DNA of 64,000 nt from the human T2T-CHM13v2.0 reference genome, Homo sapiens: the NCBI RefSeq assembly GCF_009914755.1, contig NC_060944.1. One strand, given 5' to 3'. How positions within the stretch are numbered: the first letter of the stretch is position 1; each line of letters begins with the position of its first letter. The notes below the pieces were generated by a model. It saw only the letters and a program-made list of their open reading frames with translations. It made no database searches and was not told the DNA's origin. Position numbers and translations under genes: made by a program. This document shows, one piece after another, positions 43,296 to 57,300 of this stretch.

Positions 43296-45699
43296 ATTGT
43301 CATGGGGACAGGCAAGAGAGACTAGTTAGGAGGCCATTACAGTAAACCACAAACCAGGGGCTCAAGGCTGGTCCAGGAAAGCAAGATGTGAGAGGAGGGA
43401 AAGGCCCAAGAGCTAAGGCAGTGAGCAGAAGAATGAACCTCAATTGAAAACCTCTGTGAAGTACGGAACATCAACGAAAGAAGCCTTTGCATATTTGTTT
43501 TGTCCCCAAAGCAGACATATACAAGAGTACCTTGACTATCACCAAAAAGATCGCCAGTATAGAAAATACGTTTGGCTGATGCAACTGATGGAGAAAACCC
43601 TTCAAGATGCTCATGAACTTTGCTCCAAATCTTACAACACAACTGAAGGGAACCACAACTCAAATGGAGTTATGTAAGATTTCACTGTCCATTTGTGCTT
43701 TAAATGCATTCCATCATAGAAGTCAGAAAAGCTCAAATATTTTAAAATGTGAAGTAATTTTTTTCTTCAATTTTACTTCATTAATCCCTTCCAAAAAGTC
43801 TACTTTCAAAGGCTCAAGAAATTAGGTCTCACTTTTAAAGAATGGAGAAATGGCAGGATTGCCTTCAGAAGGCTCTATGGCCAAACACCAATACTGTCAG
43901 ATATGAAAACACTGATGAATCAAAGTCTGTTCCAAGCATCTGCCAATTTTGATGTAAAGCCCTCTTTCTGTACTGATGAGCCTGCTTGACTGACAATACA
44001 GTAACTTTTTTTTCTCAAGTGAACGTCTTGCACCAGCATCTTAAAATCGTTAGAAGAAATGGGATGAAAATGTTCATTAAAGGTGATGAAGAAATTTGGA
44101 TGAGACCTAAAACAGCCCTGATAAGAGGGGACTGAATCAAAGGCATCAAAGGTAGGGCAGCTGCTCCCTGCAAGGTTGCAGCTGGAAGGCGCCTGTTCAG
44201 GTAAGAGCTTAATTAGAGCTGTCAGTCACACTAATTGCCTGTGATTAAATGGCGTGAGTCAGCAGAGCTGGGCATTGGCCCAGTGATGAGCCTGCTTCAT
44301 CCATTGTGAACTGGGGACCCGGGACTGCGAGGCTTACCAGTGACGAGCAAGCGACACACGGTAAGCACTCCCAGATCCTTCCATCAACACCCATCCGAAG
44401 CACTTGCTTTCTCCAAACAACAGCACTTTGTTTTAGCATCATCAAATCATGTGCTGGAAAAAACTTCCAAATAGCCCTTACTTGATGTCCATGTTTCCAA
44501 GGTTGGGCTCAGATTTCAATGATTAATAAGCAAACCCTTACCATCAGCTATGAAAGATTGGTCGCCTTTGAATGGCAAAGGTTTTCTTGTTTTTTGAATT
44601 TCTTCACTATCCTGCCTCTTGATAGCCCATGCCCACTCAGATTGCCCAGCTGGTGTTTGATGATGAGTATTTCTGTCTGAGATCTCTTCCTGTAGTCTGT
44701 TTTCCCTTCCAAAACCAGTTCTACCTTTTCCCAAGAAATCCCTTCACCACCATCACTTACCTCCATCGGGCTCCTTATTTCCAATAGAACCCACATATTG
44801 GGGGAATAGGGCCACTTCAAATCCTTCACGTGGCTCCTTCCTCACCCTCTGTCTCCCCATCCATCACTCCTTAGCTGCTCTCTGTCTATTTCACCTCCAT
44901 CCAGAACTGAACACACCCTGCCCAGGGACCACTGGAATCCAACTGGGTGACCTGCTGTTCGAAAGGCAAATGTCTGTGCTTGGTTCCTATTTGTGGCCCC
45001 ATGCTTTTTAAAAAGTATGCTACATTAAAAATATTTTTAAAATATCTAGAGTCAATGCTCGGAAAATTGTTATTGGGTGAACATGAGTACCTACGTTTTT
45101 CTGGGCAGAATAGAAAGTCCTGGAGAGGGACACTGCAAAGGATCTAAAAATGTCTGTGTCTGTTTGCATCTGCTTGTCTTTGATAGGACACCAAGTAAAG
45201 CAATAAAAATGTTAATATTCTCAGTCCCGCCTCTGCCTCATGGAGTCTCTGAGGCTGTGACAGCAATAAGGTAGGTGGAGAAGTTAAAGGGAAAAACAAA
45301 TTAGGTCATGAGAGGATAAAGAGACGGATTTTCAATAGGCTTCGACCTTCAGAGATGGGAGGGTCTAAATTAAATGGATCATACAAAATTCAATAAACAA
45401 GGATTGGAGATGGCAGATGATTTATCCTATTATAATTTGAATTAAGCTGGAGCATCAATAACACCCCTGACCCTAAGGTTATTAAGAGACAGCTATTAAC
45501 AGGAACAGAACCAGCACACGCTGTTGATGACTGCTCAGAATTTAGGGCTCAGGCATTTAGGGCTGGGGGATTGATTGTTTGAAAGATAAATTTCATCTTT
45601 GGTGCTGCAGAGCAGAGCATGGGAGGATGAGCAACTAGTGTTATCCCAGAGCCACCAGCCCACAGCCCACTCATATGTGACCACGACAGCATCACGTTC

Positions 45700-46246
45700 C
45701 CCTCGGCTTGGTGAAACTTTAGACAGATTCCATCCTGACTATCAGCCCCTCACCTCCCTTTTCATAGAGCATTTACTTTAGAAAATGTGCAATTATAAAT
45801 CCTTTGGAGCTACAAATCTTCCCCCAGATTCTGGCTCATTTTACAACCCAGAAAATGCCTTTCTCAAGGACCTGGAAATCGTCTCTGTGAAATGTAAATG
45901 GTGAAGGAGTTGGCACTCCAAGCTCCCAGTTTCTGAGACTAGGAGCCTCCCCTGACTCCTCTGATGGATGCACATTAGAAAACACAGGCGGCCTAATCGG
46001 AGAAGAACGTTTGCAAGCTCAGGAATAACTCGGCCTGCTGGTCACATCCCATTGAGCAACCTCCCCTCCACTGACATCCTCCCATCCTTTCCACCAGCTC
46101 ATGCCAGCATTGGGAAACCCTCCCACCTTTTGTATCATGGAAGTTGAGCTCAGGTTCTCTCCTCTATTGCAATAGTCTTTAGAGAAGTCTTCCTGGCCTG
46201 TTTAACTTTGTCCTGTACAGTTTTTACTTTTACTTTTACTTTGACA
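45700..46246 (+). mobile_element. MER31-like LTR
   Basis: cctcccttttcatagagcatttactttagaaaa...ttctcaaggacctgg...gttgagctcag...ctattgcaatagtc...tttgaca. Confidence 0.7.
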
Positions 46247-49200
46247 AGCCATCCGTGGAACCATTTGCTCCAAGCCCAGATCACTGGCTCTCAAGTCAGC
46301 CATCCTGTACATGCAGCAGGTGGGTGAGAGATGGTTAATCCAGTGTCATTATTTCTGCTGCAATCAGATGACTCAGACTGTGTTCCAACATGAAAAACAG
46401 ACCAAATCAATCACATAACTGGGTTTTGTGAGTCTCAGAGGAACTGGTTTGATGGAAGTTCAGTTCCAAGGCCACTTTCTTCTTCACGCAAGTCTAATTC
46501 CACCCTCCCTGACATCCGGTTTGAATTAGTCAACTTGGCTATTTGGCTTGATGGAATTTTTGCTTTTCAACACCACTTGGGCATTGTCAAATTACATCAT
46601 AATTGCATCATCAGAGGCTAATTGTATCATAGTAATGGGAACACTTTTGAGCAATGTTCTGGGCTCCTTCATGTACTTGTTCCTTTATTCATAAGGGAAT
46701 GCCCCTCACCCATGACTTTCTTCCTTCACCAGGGAAAATACTGTTGTCTCCATTTCATTGATAAGGAAGTGAGGCATAGACTGAGTGTCTTGTCCAAGGT
46801 CACCTGCATGGATGGTGCCAGAGCTGGAATTGGAGTCCATGCAGCCTGCATGATTTCACAATGGAATGTAATAAGGATTTTATTTTATATATTAGGAATC
46901 CCAGGATGAACACACACACAGGGAGGATATCTAGAGAGCTGTCAGGAACCCTGGGGAAGAAACCTGAGGGACCAAAGGGGACTTCTGCTGGAGGGAGATC
47001 TAACCTGGTAGAAGAACCAGAGGAAAGGCACTGTGTGTGCCCAGAGGCCAGCAGGGCATGGGCTGGGGAGTCAGAAGAGGAGGGGCCATGGCAGGACTGT
47101 TGAGCTTGGCCACCTCACTAAATTCTGCAGGGCTTCAGCACCCCTCTGAAGCACACAGGACGGTGCCACCCCCCTTCTAACAACTTAGACACTTGAGGAC
47201 ACCACTGAACCTCGAATGTCAGGGGTTTCAGTGCCGTAGTGATTGGGTGAGAACCAGTCCACACAAACATGGACGTGGGCAGCAGAGGCACATTGGGGAC
47301 AACGATGGTGCAGCGGCAGTGCCTGGAGGCAGGACCTCATCCAAGAGCACACATGAACACCCACCCATCTCTGGATTTTCAGATATTCTTCAACAGGAAC
47401 TTTCCAGGGAGCCAAGGGGAGTAGGCAAACCACTGAAGATTGCTTTGCGGGGGCGTCTGTCTCTCATTCTGTACTCACCAGCCAGCGAGGGCTGGGGAGT
47501 GCCTGGCCTTGCTTTACCAGCTCATTCACCATCCCCACCAAGAGCAGGAGCCATCCATGCCAGGAGTCACCCATGCCAGTATCTCCCGTAGGTTCTAACA
47601 AAACCACCGTTTCTCATGCGGGGCCTTTCCGTGCTTTGGATGGCATGAGGACCTGCACATGCAAGTCTTGAAAACTGCCAGGAGAATTGTGTGTTAGTCA
47701 GTGAAACTATTACCTGTTCATTTGATAAGAGAAAATTAAATTATTCAGTTCCCAATAACACAAGCAACATCCCAGCCATAATAGTGGAGTAATTGTTTTA
47801 CAATTAAGGCATGCCCAGAATGTACATTACCAACTCATTTAATAATGTGCGCATTGAGTCTCTTATTTTTTTTCCAAAGAGGCAATTCAAATAGGTAATT
47901 TAGTGGTAGAAATAAACTATGAATTTAACTTATATGTTCATTAATTGTACAATTAAACAGAATACTAATTGACTGTAGAATTATAGCTAAATGGGACAGT
48001 GCACCCGGGTAATTAGTTCTCGTTCTGTTTTTCATTGTGAACATAATTTTTGGTGGTCTCACCCTACCCAATTAGGTTTTGTTTGGCTTTATTGGAGCAT
48101 AAATCACTCTCCTAGCGCAAAGATTTAATCCTCACAGTACAGCTGGTGTGTTACGCCCCTGTCCCAAAAGGTTATCTCTTTGCTTGGAAAGAAAGGACAT
48201 CTGATCATAGTCGTCAGGAATGGGAGGGTGTTGTGCCCGTCTGCGATTTTCAGTGTCTTCTCTGCAGAAGGAAGAGAGAAGGCAGACAGGGTAGGTTAGT
48301 GCCAATAGCGTCTGGACTCCCCGGAAGTTTCCGCCCAAGGGGGACCGGGATCTGGACAAGGGGTTCACCACCTCTACAGTTTTTACTCACTGAAACGATC
48401 AATTTTATAATACCCAGAACTGCCACTTTCTAACAGGTGATCTCCGCATAGGCAGCCAGCTCCGAGACTGAGGAGAACAGACGTGCAAGAAAGGTGCCCA
48501 TGCAGGGAACAAGGTGCCTTCCCACGGAATCAACGTGGCTCTGCAGTTGACACACCACTCCCGTCTTTCCTGGGGGCAGCATCCTCAGGTGCTCTCTCCT
48601 TGCTCTGATTCAGTAGCCGGAGAGTCTGACGGCTCACAGTGAATTTCTGGTTCAGTGCTTAGATACAAACAGGCAGGTTTTGCTTTTCTCAGCTGCTCAG
48701 AAAGAAAACAAGGAAAATGTGAAATGGTGGTTCCCTTGTGACATATATGTTATACCAGGATAGAGTGAGCACCAGGGTCACAGGAGTGACTCGCGGCCAC
48801 GCAGCAAAGCAGCTGCAGAGCAGCAATCCCTATGCCTTCAGATGTGCTGGAATCCCCCAGGGGTGTGGGCAGCAGGCTAAAATGCAGATTCCCTGGCAGA
48901 GGGGCTCCCCTGTGATGCTAAAGAAGCTGAAACTTCTGGGCTTGTCTCGGACAGAGTTCTCTGGTAGGCAGTGTGTGAAATTCCATAGCTGCCCTTTGAA
49001 AGGCCAAGCCTGGCATAAAGTCGGATGTGAAGACAGGCTCTTCCCCAGTATCCTTCTCTTAACACAGTGCTTCTGTCCAACCACATCTGTCTGAGTCAAC
49101 CCACAAATATTGAGATCTGCCCCAGAAATAAAGGGCACTGCTACAGCAGACGACAAGGCAGTCTCAAATCCCAGAGTGTGGGGTGCAGGCCTTCAGCTGA

Positions 49201-49295
49201 GCTCAGGGACCACAGGAAATGTCGCTCAGTGCCCAGTCTGCATTTCTAAGGACGCTCCGAGTCTCCCCTGCCTGACACAGCTGAGCTCCTAGTGT

Positions 49296-49725
49296 TCAGA
49301 AGTCTCCTGTGGCTTCTGTAACAAATTGCCACCCTCTTGGTGGTTTAAAACAACACGAATTCAATCTCTTACCGTTCTGGGGATTAGACATCTGGAGGTT
49401 CCAGGGGAAAATCTGTTTCCTTGACTTTCCCAGCTTCCAGAGGCCACCTGCACACCTTGGCTCATGGCCCCTTCCTCCATCTTCACAGGTAGCAATTACA
49501 TCACTCCCACCTCTGCTTCCATCCTCACATCTCCTACTCTGACTCCCTCTTCCCCTGATAAGGATTCCTGTGATTACATGGAGCCCACCCAGACAGCCCA
49601 GGGTACCCCAAATCCTTAACTTTCTCATATGTACAAAGGCCCTTTGGCCATGTATGGTGACATTTCAGGTTCCCAGCATTAGAATGTGGACATTCGGGTG
49701 GATGGATTATTCTGCTAATATTCCC
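49296..49725. mobile_element. MLT1C-like MaLR LTR
   Basis: tgtaacaaattgccac...ggtggtttaaaacaacac...ccagcttccagagg...gtgattacat...gcccacccaga...aatccttaac. Confidence 0.75.
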
Positions 49726-50749
49726 CAGGCAGAAAAAAAATGAACAATATTGCCCAGATCGCCGACACTAGGAAAAACGAATGACCTTTCTGGAATCCTT
49801 TAGCATCCTTGGTGTTCGCTGCTTGTCAAACTCCCCAACCCACTCTCGGGACACACAACATTGAGAAAAGGGGAGCTTGGGAGCAGCCGGGATGTGCTAT
49901 GGCAGACATTCTTCTTGCTGCCTGTAGAGAGGATATGGGTGGGACAGATATTTTTGCTTTGTTCTTTTGTTGCATTATTTAGATTACGCAAAGGTATATT
50001 CCCATGAAAGCTCATTGATATAGCAGTGGAAGTCGGAAGGGAAGAGCCTCAAGGTAATTGCTCAATCCAGGGATGGAGCGATTGCTCAGAATGTCATTCA
50101 CTTTGCCACGAAGTTCTTGATGTGACAAGGTCTCAAACTAGAAAATTTCTGAAATGATTACTTGACATGAAAGGCAAAGTTGTACAGGCAGTGTAATCAA
50201 GCAGGCAGTTGGTCTTGGTTCCTGAGAGTCAGTAACTAAAAACTGAACCAAGAACACAAACTTACACCTCCTAAAGTCGGTTATTTGCACACACTGGCTG
50301 CTGCGCCTCTGCCTGCCCGGCCCCTTGGATCCTTTTTCTTTATTTTGTTCCTAAGTACTGAGCACATTTTAACATCCCCTATAACTTATTTATTTTGTTT
50401 ATCATTTGCCTGCTCCATGAGATCAGGGATTCTGTCCTTTGTTCTCTATCCCAAGAACTAGATACTTGCCTGGTCTGTAGGTGACTGATAAATATGTATA
50501 GAACGAATGAGTGTGAAACGCCATATGATTAGTAGGCTGCATTTACTTAGCATAAGGGAAATAACCTCTCTATGATAGTGTTAAAGCTGCGTCGTTAGTG
50601 CCGTTTGGAGAGTATGATTTGTTAAAGGTGCAAGTCAAGCTGGGATTCCTTAGGGCTCTCTTGAGTCCCCAAATCAAGCCAAGCAATGGAGGTTTCAGAT
50701 AAAATCTGGTCAGCATTCTGCCGTAAATCAGTATCTCCCAAGTTTCCAC

Positions 50750-51375
50750 TAAAATATTTATAGAGGCACAGAGAAAAGTTGAAAAATTGAGAAGCCCTCA
50801 CACAATACTGATGAAAAAGTTAAAGATATGCTATTATAAATGGATAATTATAGATAAGAAAACCCTTGTTAAGAACTATAGACATTTTCTAAGGAAAATA
50901 TCAGAGCTACCAAAATAGAATCAATCATCAATGACATAATTATAGAAAAATTGCTGGAACTGTAACAAAGATCTGAGAACACAGGCGGCAAGCGTTCACC
51001 AAATTTCAAAGAAAACCAGTAAAAAATGGACCAGATTTCGACCAGATTTAGACACATCTTGGAAAGTATTTAAAATAATAAAATAAAGATAAATGCAAAA
51101 TACTAGATCATTTTTAGGAAGAGAAAAATATGGCTACATAAAAACAAATACAAATCAGCATGGCCCCAGCTTGTTCTTTTGTCACACTCCTGCCCAAAGG
51201 AAATAGAGCAGCAATTGCAGAGGTTCTGAAGCAGAGGGAGCAATCCAAGGACCCCACTCCCACATGTGTGGGGGTGACACATGCTCATGAAATTTACCTC
51301 CCAGATATGCTTTCTTGGTGTTACAAAAATGTAGCCTTCAGCCTTAATAAGAGATACACTTAAGAATTCAAGGTA
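50750..51375 (+). mobile_element. HAL1 / ancient L1 ORF1-region fragment
   Basis: A-rich degenerate ORF1-like tract (tagacacatcttgg...aaagataaatgcaaaatact...aaatcagcatggcc). Confidence 0.4.
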
Positions 51376-51377
51376 TT

Positions 51378-51581
51378 GGCCCGGTGCAGTGGCTCACGCC
51401 TGTAATCCCAGCACACTGGGAGGCCTAGGCAGGTGGATCACCTGAGGTCAGGAGTTCAAGACCAGCCTGACCAATATGGTGAAACCCCGTCTCTACTGAA
51501 AAATGCAAAATGAGCCGGGCGTGGTGGCACATGCCTGCAATCCAAGCTACTCAGGAGGAGGCTGAGGCAGGAATCACTTGG
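51378..51581 (+). mobile_element. AluS (Sp/Sq-like), 3'-truncated with no tail
   Basis: Intact left arm and first part of right arm; similarity stops abruptly after gaatcacttg. Confidence 0.9.
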
Positions 51582-52368
51582 ACATCAGCGTCTTTAAAAG
51601 AACCTTATTAGATAAGCAGCCCACATCTAACTGCATTCTAACTGGATGCCCTGCACAGTTGAATCTAGAAGGATGGTTCTCAGTGCTGCATTCCTCTGGG
51701 GGGCTGACCCATGCCCAGAGATTCTGACTCTATTCCACAGTCAGGACTGAGAGCAACTCTCACAGCTAATGAATGATTATCAAAATGAAATAATTTGATC
51801 ATAAATTATCCCTCATCCATACAGTGGGGAAAAGGCACAAAACATGAGGTCCACTGCATCTGCCTCACAGACACTGGGTGAGCATTCCCTTCTTTCTTCT
51901 CTTTTGCATTTTCCAGGTTTTTAAAAGAAAAAGACATTCTTTTCAGTGAAAACAATAACAGCAAAAGTTTTCTATAAAGAGCCAAGTTTTATGGGTCACA
52001 GTGACCTGCTACCAATTCATTCTAACATTCAGCTCTAATTAGAACAGAAAGCCCTGTACTTTTATCTCACTCTTACAAATCTTATCAAATGGGAATTGCG
52101 AAATGTTTTCCGAAACTTTTCTCCTAGGTCCCACTTGGTCAAAATAAGCCTTTAATAAAAAGACTGAAAATTAGTTTGTAGCCAGGAGACTCCTGGAAGT
52201 TTGGAAGTTAATCTGTAGTTGAAAAAAACAAACCAACAAACAAACAAAGACTTTCACACTTGTTTAGCTCTGGGCTTTTCTGGTTCTGCTATTTATTGAC
52301 CTTGAAATTAAGGCAGGCTGTCTAGCTTCTCTTAGCTTCAGTTTCCTCATCTTTAAAATGGAAGTGAT

Positions 52369-52673
52369 GGACTGGGACAGTGACTCACACTTATAATTCC
52401 ATCACTTTAAGAAGCTGAGGCAAGTGGATTGCTTGAGCCCAGGAGTTCGAGACCACTCCTGGGCAACATAGTAAAACCTCATCTCTACAGAAAATACTAA
52501 AATTAGCCAGATGCAGTGGTGCGGGACTTTAGTCTCTGCTACTTGGGAGGCTGAGGTGGGAGAATCACCTGACACTGAGAGGCTGAGGTTGCAGTGAGCT
52601 ATGATCACGCTGTCCACTCCAGCATCAGTGAAATACTTGAACAAGACCATGTCTCAAAGACAAAAAAAGGAAA
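52369..52673 (+). mobile_element. AluJ inserted in a MIR
   Basis: ggattgcttgagcccaggagttcga; perfect TSD taaaatggaagtgatg at 52354-52369 and 52674-52689. Confidence 0.9.
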
Positions 52674-52934
52674 TAAAATGGAAGTGATGATATCTACTTC
52701 AAAACAGCAAAGACAAAAATAAACTAATTTAAGGAAAGAAGAGAGACTCTCTTTCTCACGATATAGACAGCAGAGACAGGTGGCAGTAGGAGGCTCTACT
52801 TGTATGACCTGAGTGGACCTTACCCCTTGACACCCACAGTAGAGATGATTTTGGAATGCTCTGCCACTGAGCACGCTGCTTCATGTCTGATTAACTTCAC
52901 ATTTCAACAACACAACAATCAAAACAACAACCTT

Positions 52935-53420
52935 TAGTACATGGGGTGGTCCCCAAGACCACGATCAGGATGAATAATTCACTAGACAAACTCATGGAAT
53001 GTGAGCTGTCATGCTTATGGTCATGGTTTATCAGGATGAAGGGACTCGGGTTAAAATCAGTCCGGAGAAGACAAGCATAGGGCAGGGTCCAGAGGACTCC
53101 GGATGCGAGCTCCATTTGTCCCTCCCGATGGAGTCATATGGACAGTGTCTACTCCTCTGCCAAGGATGTGTGATAGCGCTTAGTCAGTGTCACCAACCAG
53201 CGAAGCTCGCCTGAGCCTTGGGGTTCAGGTACTTACCGAGGTTGGTCACTTAGCCTTTGGTTTCCAGGCTCTCTGAAGGGAGGGTGAGCTGTTACCATGT
53301 GGCTCAAGGTCCCCCAGTAAACAACAACACTCTTACCAAACATTACATGCCCAGGGCTCAGAGCTGGCTGTCAAGAAGCTGGGCAAGGGTCCGTCTTTTC
53401 TCTGGGCAAAGTTAATCCTC
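52935..53420. mobile_element. MER77/MER21C-family LTR
   Basis: ggtccccaagaccac...aattcactag...aaaatcag...atggagtca...ccaaccag...ctgagccttgg. Confidence 0.6.
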
Positions 53421-53664
53421 TAGGCTCACCTCTTATCGAAGGTTCACTATTTGAAAAAATCAAGACGTCTATCAAGGATAAAGACCCATCAGAAAAATGA
53501 TAGAAGGGATTCTAGGACTCTGGGAGACAGCTGACAATGGAAACAATTGTTAACATTTCTAAGAGGAGGTTTTGGATCTTAAATTAGGAAACTGACTATG
53601 ATCAAATCCCCTCACTAAATGCTGAGAGGTGACAAATTGGACTTTCCAGAACTGACAGTCTAGA

Positions 53665-54322
53665 CAAGGGGTCAGGGAACGTTTCCTGCAAAGGGCCGGA
53701 TAGTAAACGTTTTTGGCTTTTGCAGGCCACATGGTCTCTGTTGGAAGTACCCAAATCTGCTGTTGTAGAGTGGAAGCCACCACTGACAATATGTTAACAG
53801 AGGTGCCGGGTTCCAATAAAACTATTTATGGACATTGCAATGTAAACGTGATACAATTTTCACATGCCATGAAATATTAGGGGACTTTTGGTTTATTGCA
53901 TAAGTGAAGCTCAGGGGACTTGGGCAGTGATGGAAGGAAGTACCTTCCTCGACACTGTAATGGTGAATACATGTCATCATACGTTTGTCAAAACCCATAG
54001 AAGGTACAGTGCCAAGAGTGAACCCTGATGTCAAGTATGGACTTTGGTTCATAATGATGTATAGTGCTGGTTTGTTAGTTTTAGAAAATGTCCAACACTA
54101 GTGTAAGATGTAATAGGAAAACATGTGTGTCAGGCCCCATGGGTAGCAGGGAAAGATATGTGGAACTCTATGTACTACCTGCCAAGTTATTCTGTAAATT
54201 AAAACTATATTAAAAATATAAAGTCTTAAAAAATGTATAAAAAGCATTCTTAGCTCACAGGTAATAAGAAATCAAGTGGTGGGTTGGGTTTGGCCTGTGT
54301 GCTTTCATTGTATATGAACCTT
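53665..54322. mobile_element. MER58B split by an L1MC1/2-like 3' end (~53900-54228, +)
   Basis: aagggccggatagtaaac...tttgcaggccacatggtctctg...ccaataaaact...aaagcattcttagctcac; insert has atacatgtcatcatacgtttgtcaaaacccatagaa...aagagtgaaccctgatgt. Confidence 0.8.
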
Positions 54323-57300
54323 CAGACAAGCTGGGACAAAAGCTCACAAACGTGTGTGGCCCTCACATGGGGCAGAAACGATGTTGTGGGTCGGTCCCAT
54401 GGGCAGTGGCAACAAGTGAGCAGAGTCAACATGGGCCAGAGGAGGGTTCTTGATGGGAAACTTGGATGGGAGCCTTAAGGAATGGGCAATTCCCCCTACT
54501 TCTTTATGCTGTTTGCTCAGGATCTAATTTAGAAACATGAGCAGGACCTAGAAGCAACCTGAGAACCCACAGGGCGTGCATGAATAATTTTGACTTCCTT
54601 GAGCTTGGAAAAGCCATTCTTCATACTTGCTGTTGGTCTAAATAGCTGTATTATTTGCGGCAGAAACTTTGCAAACCAGGCCTGGAGGGAGACAGGAATT
54701 TCTCCAGATATTGTGCTGCCCTTAATAAGCTGTTCACCCTCCTGGCTTCTGGAAGATGGAGTAATCAATAAGGCATCATTTTGAACAGTATAATCAGCAT
54801 AATTTATTTGGCAAACACATATGAGTGCCCACTGTGTGCTCATGGCTCTCTCGGCTGTAAGAGCTTATGGCAATGATGAGGTGATGTTGGAAATTGCTGG
54901 TCGAAACCTCCAAGTAAGAGAAGAAAGAAGTGGTGTCATATTGATCTCATGGAATAGATTTTAATGCTAATAGATTTTAATGCAACCCAATATGCTCCCT
55001 GTGTGGCAGCTTAGGGCCTGGTTAACAGTCGTCTGTGACTGTTTCAGCTGAGCCTCACTGTGCATCCAATTATGAGAACACATTAATCAGTCACTTGACA
55101 AAATACGTATTTATTGCTTCTGATATTTTCATTATGTTGGCCAAGGCTCAACCTAGTTTTATAAAGAAAAGGAATGAGCCGGTTGCCCACAGGGATGTTG
55201 AGAATGGAGACCCCTCTGGTTTCCCACCTGGAGATGGTCAGCAGAAACCAAGGCATATCCTAAAATGTTGGTCTCTGCATTCTCACTATTCTCTCTCCTT
55301 GGACTTCAGAAGGAATCAAGACCTAATTACTATCTCTACTCCTGTGTTGAGTGGTTACTGTGATTACCTGGTCAATAACTCATTGTCTATAGATTTCAAT
55401 ACTGCTTGGGGATTTTCCATTACTCTCCATCTACAGCAGTGAGAACTGTGCTGTGTTCTACAGGACCTCTTTTCTAGGATTTGCCTTCTATCTGGAGGCT
55501 TAAAAGAAGGACTGAGCAGGCTTAGCAAATGGTTCAGGGTGTGGGAGCGTGAGTCAGACTTCAGGGATCCAGAATGCCTCTCCAGCTCTGCGATCTTGGT
55601 TATGAAGTTATCTAACTTCTTGCGCCTTCCTGCAAGTCAGCCCACCTGCAACATGGAACTAACATGCATACCTATTTGTAAAGTGCTTAGGATGATTCCT
55701 GGCTCAAAGTGTGCAACAAATGAATGACGTCAGTAAAGAGACCAGAGCAGTGAGAATTAGTCATGTCCAGAGCACTTTTGGGAAAGAGGAGAAAACGTGA
55801 GAGGCGGCCTGCTGTGGGGACCGAGTTCAGCATGGATTTCACAGCTGAAAACGCATACCTGGTTTCCAAACCACATTTTCAATGACTGCCTGCCCCAGAA
55901 ATTGTGCTGCCTTCTGCTAATGATCTTCAGGTTCCCCGGCTACTTTTAATACAGACATTCACTGCTGTCTGGAATATTAAGAATATCCCGACAAAGGGGG
56001 CTGTGTCTGCATCCTTATGCTCCAAGTCCATGTGGTCATTAAGAACTGAACCAGTTGGAGCCCCTGGGCAGGTGGGAGATTATGCAATAGGGAGTGTTTC
56101 TCTGTGTGGGTCCTGGGCTCAATGCCCACAGCCCCTTGGTCAGCCTGTCGGCTCCTTCATTCTGGCCACACATCACAACAGTCCATGAATGCAGCAGTGA
56201 CAGGGCTGGCGGCCTCTCTGAGTCATTGCTCTTGCTCCAGGACCCCTTGCCAGCCTCCCTCTGTGGCTGTTCTCATCCGTCATAAGAGCGATGGCTGACA
56301 GCTCCAAACTCAGCCTGTAGGACAAGGCTCACCTCCTGCCTGCTTCTTTCCCTGGCTAGTCTTCTCCTTCCACTGCAGCACTTGGCTTCCCCACCATCCT
56401 TCTATGACACTGAAGAGTTTACAGGCTGATGTCAAGGGCTCCTTATGACACTCAGTGTGGCGGGCAGGGGGGTTCTCGCTGGGCATGGGGAGTGGGAGGC
56501 CAAGGCCACTGAGCAGACTAACAAAGTGTACTGCTGGAGCCCAGCATGCTCACCTCTGAGGGTCAGTGTGAGTCCTTTCTATCTGATGATCAGAACCACC
56601 TCCACCAACATATCGTTACACAAGCACGGGTCCTAAATGAGGATTGGCTCAGAGCTACACTTCTGGGTTGCAGAGCATCTCATGTGGTCTCTGGGAAAGT
56701 AAGTATGAGAAGTTCAGGGGACCCTCTCTTCCTCTCATCTTCACTCCCACCAGTGATCACAGCTTAACCTGCCACTATGGCGGGTTAGAATAAAAAAGGA
56801 TGGGGTTTGTTCCTACCTTTGAAAACATCACAGAGAGTCAAAGGGAATGTTTCCAGGCTGAACTAGACACCGCTGAGTGACACAAGCAACAGGAAAACAC
56901 ATCAAGACCATCAGCGGTGGCGTTTGAAAAGCAAATTTGATCCATGGTAGTGGAAAAGCCAGCAAGTCCCCATCATTGAAAGCAAGCTTGCCTTTTAACT
57001 AAAGGTCTAGCGAGGGTCAGGCATGGGGAGATCTTGGAGAAGGGACATCTTCAGGGAAAAAGTAAGGAAGAGTAATGATTTGAATTCTGCCATTAAATTC
57101 CACACAGGGAAGACTGGTTAGCAGCCAAGAGGCAGTAATGGATGTGTCCTTCCCCTCGTTGGGTACCAGGCTTCCAGGTCAGGCATCCATGTTGATCCTC
57201 AACAGGGGTTCAATAAGGCAGCTAAGACAGGGAACCAAGAAAAGAAAGTGGAGACTGATGACAACCTATGGAAGAACCCCATAGGATCCAGCCAATTCCA

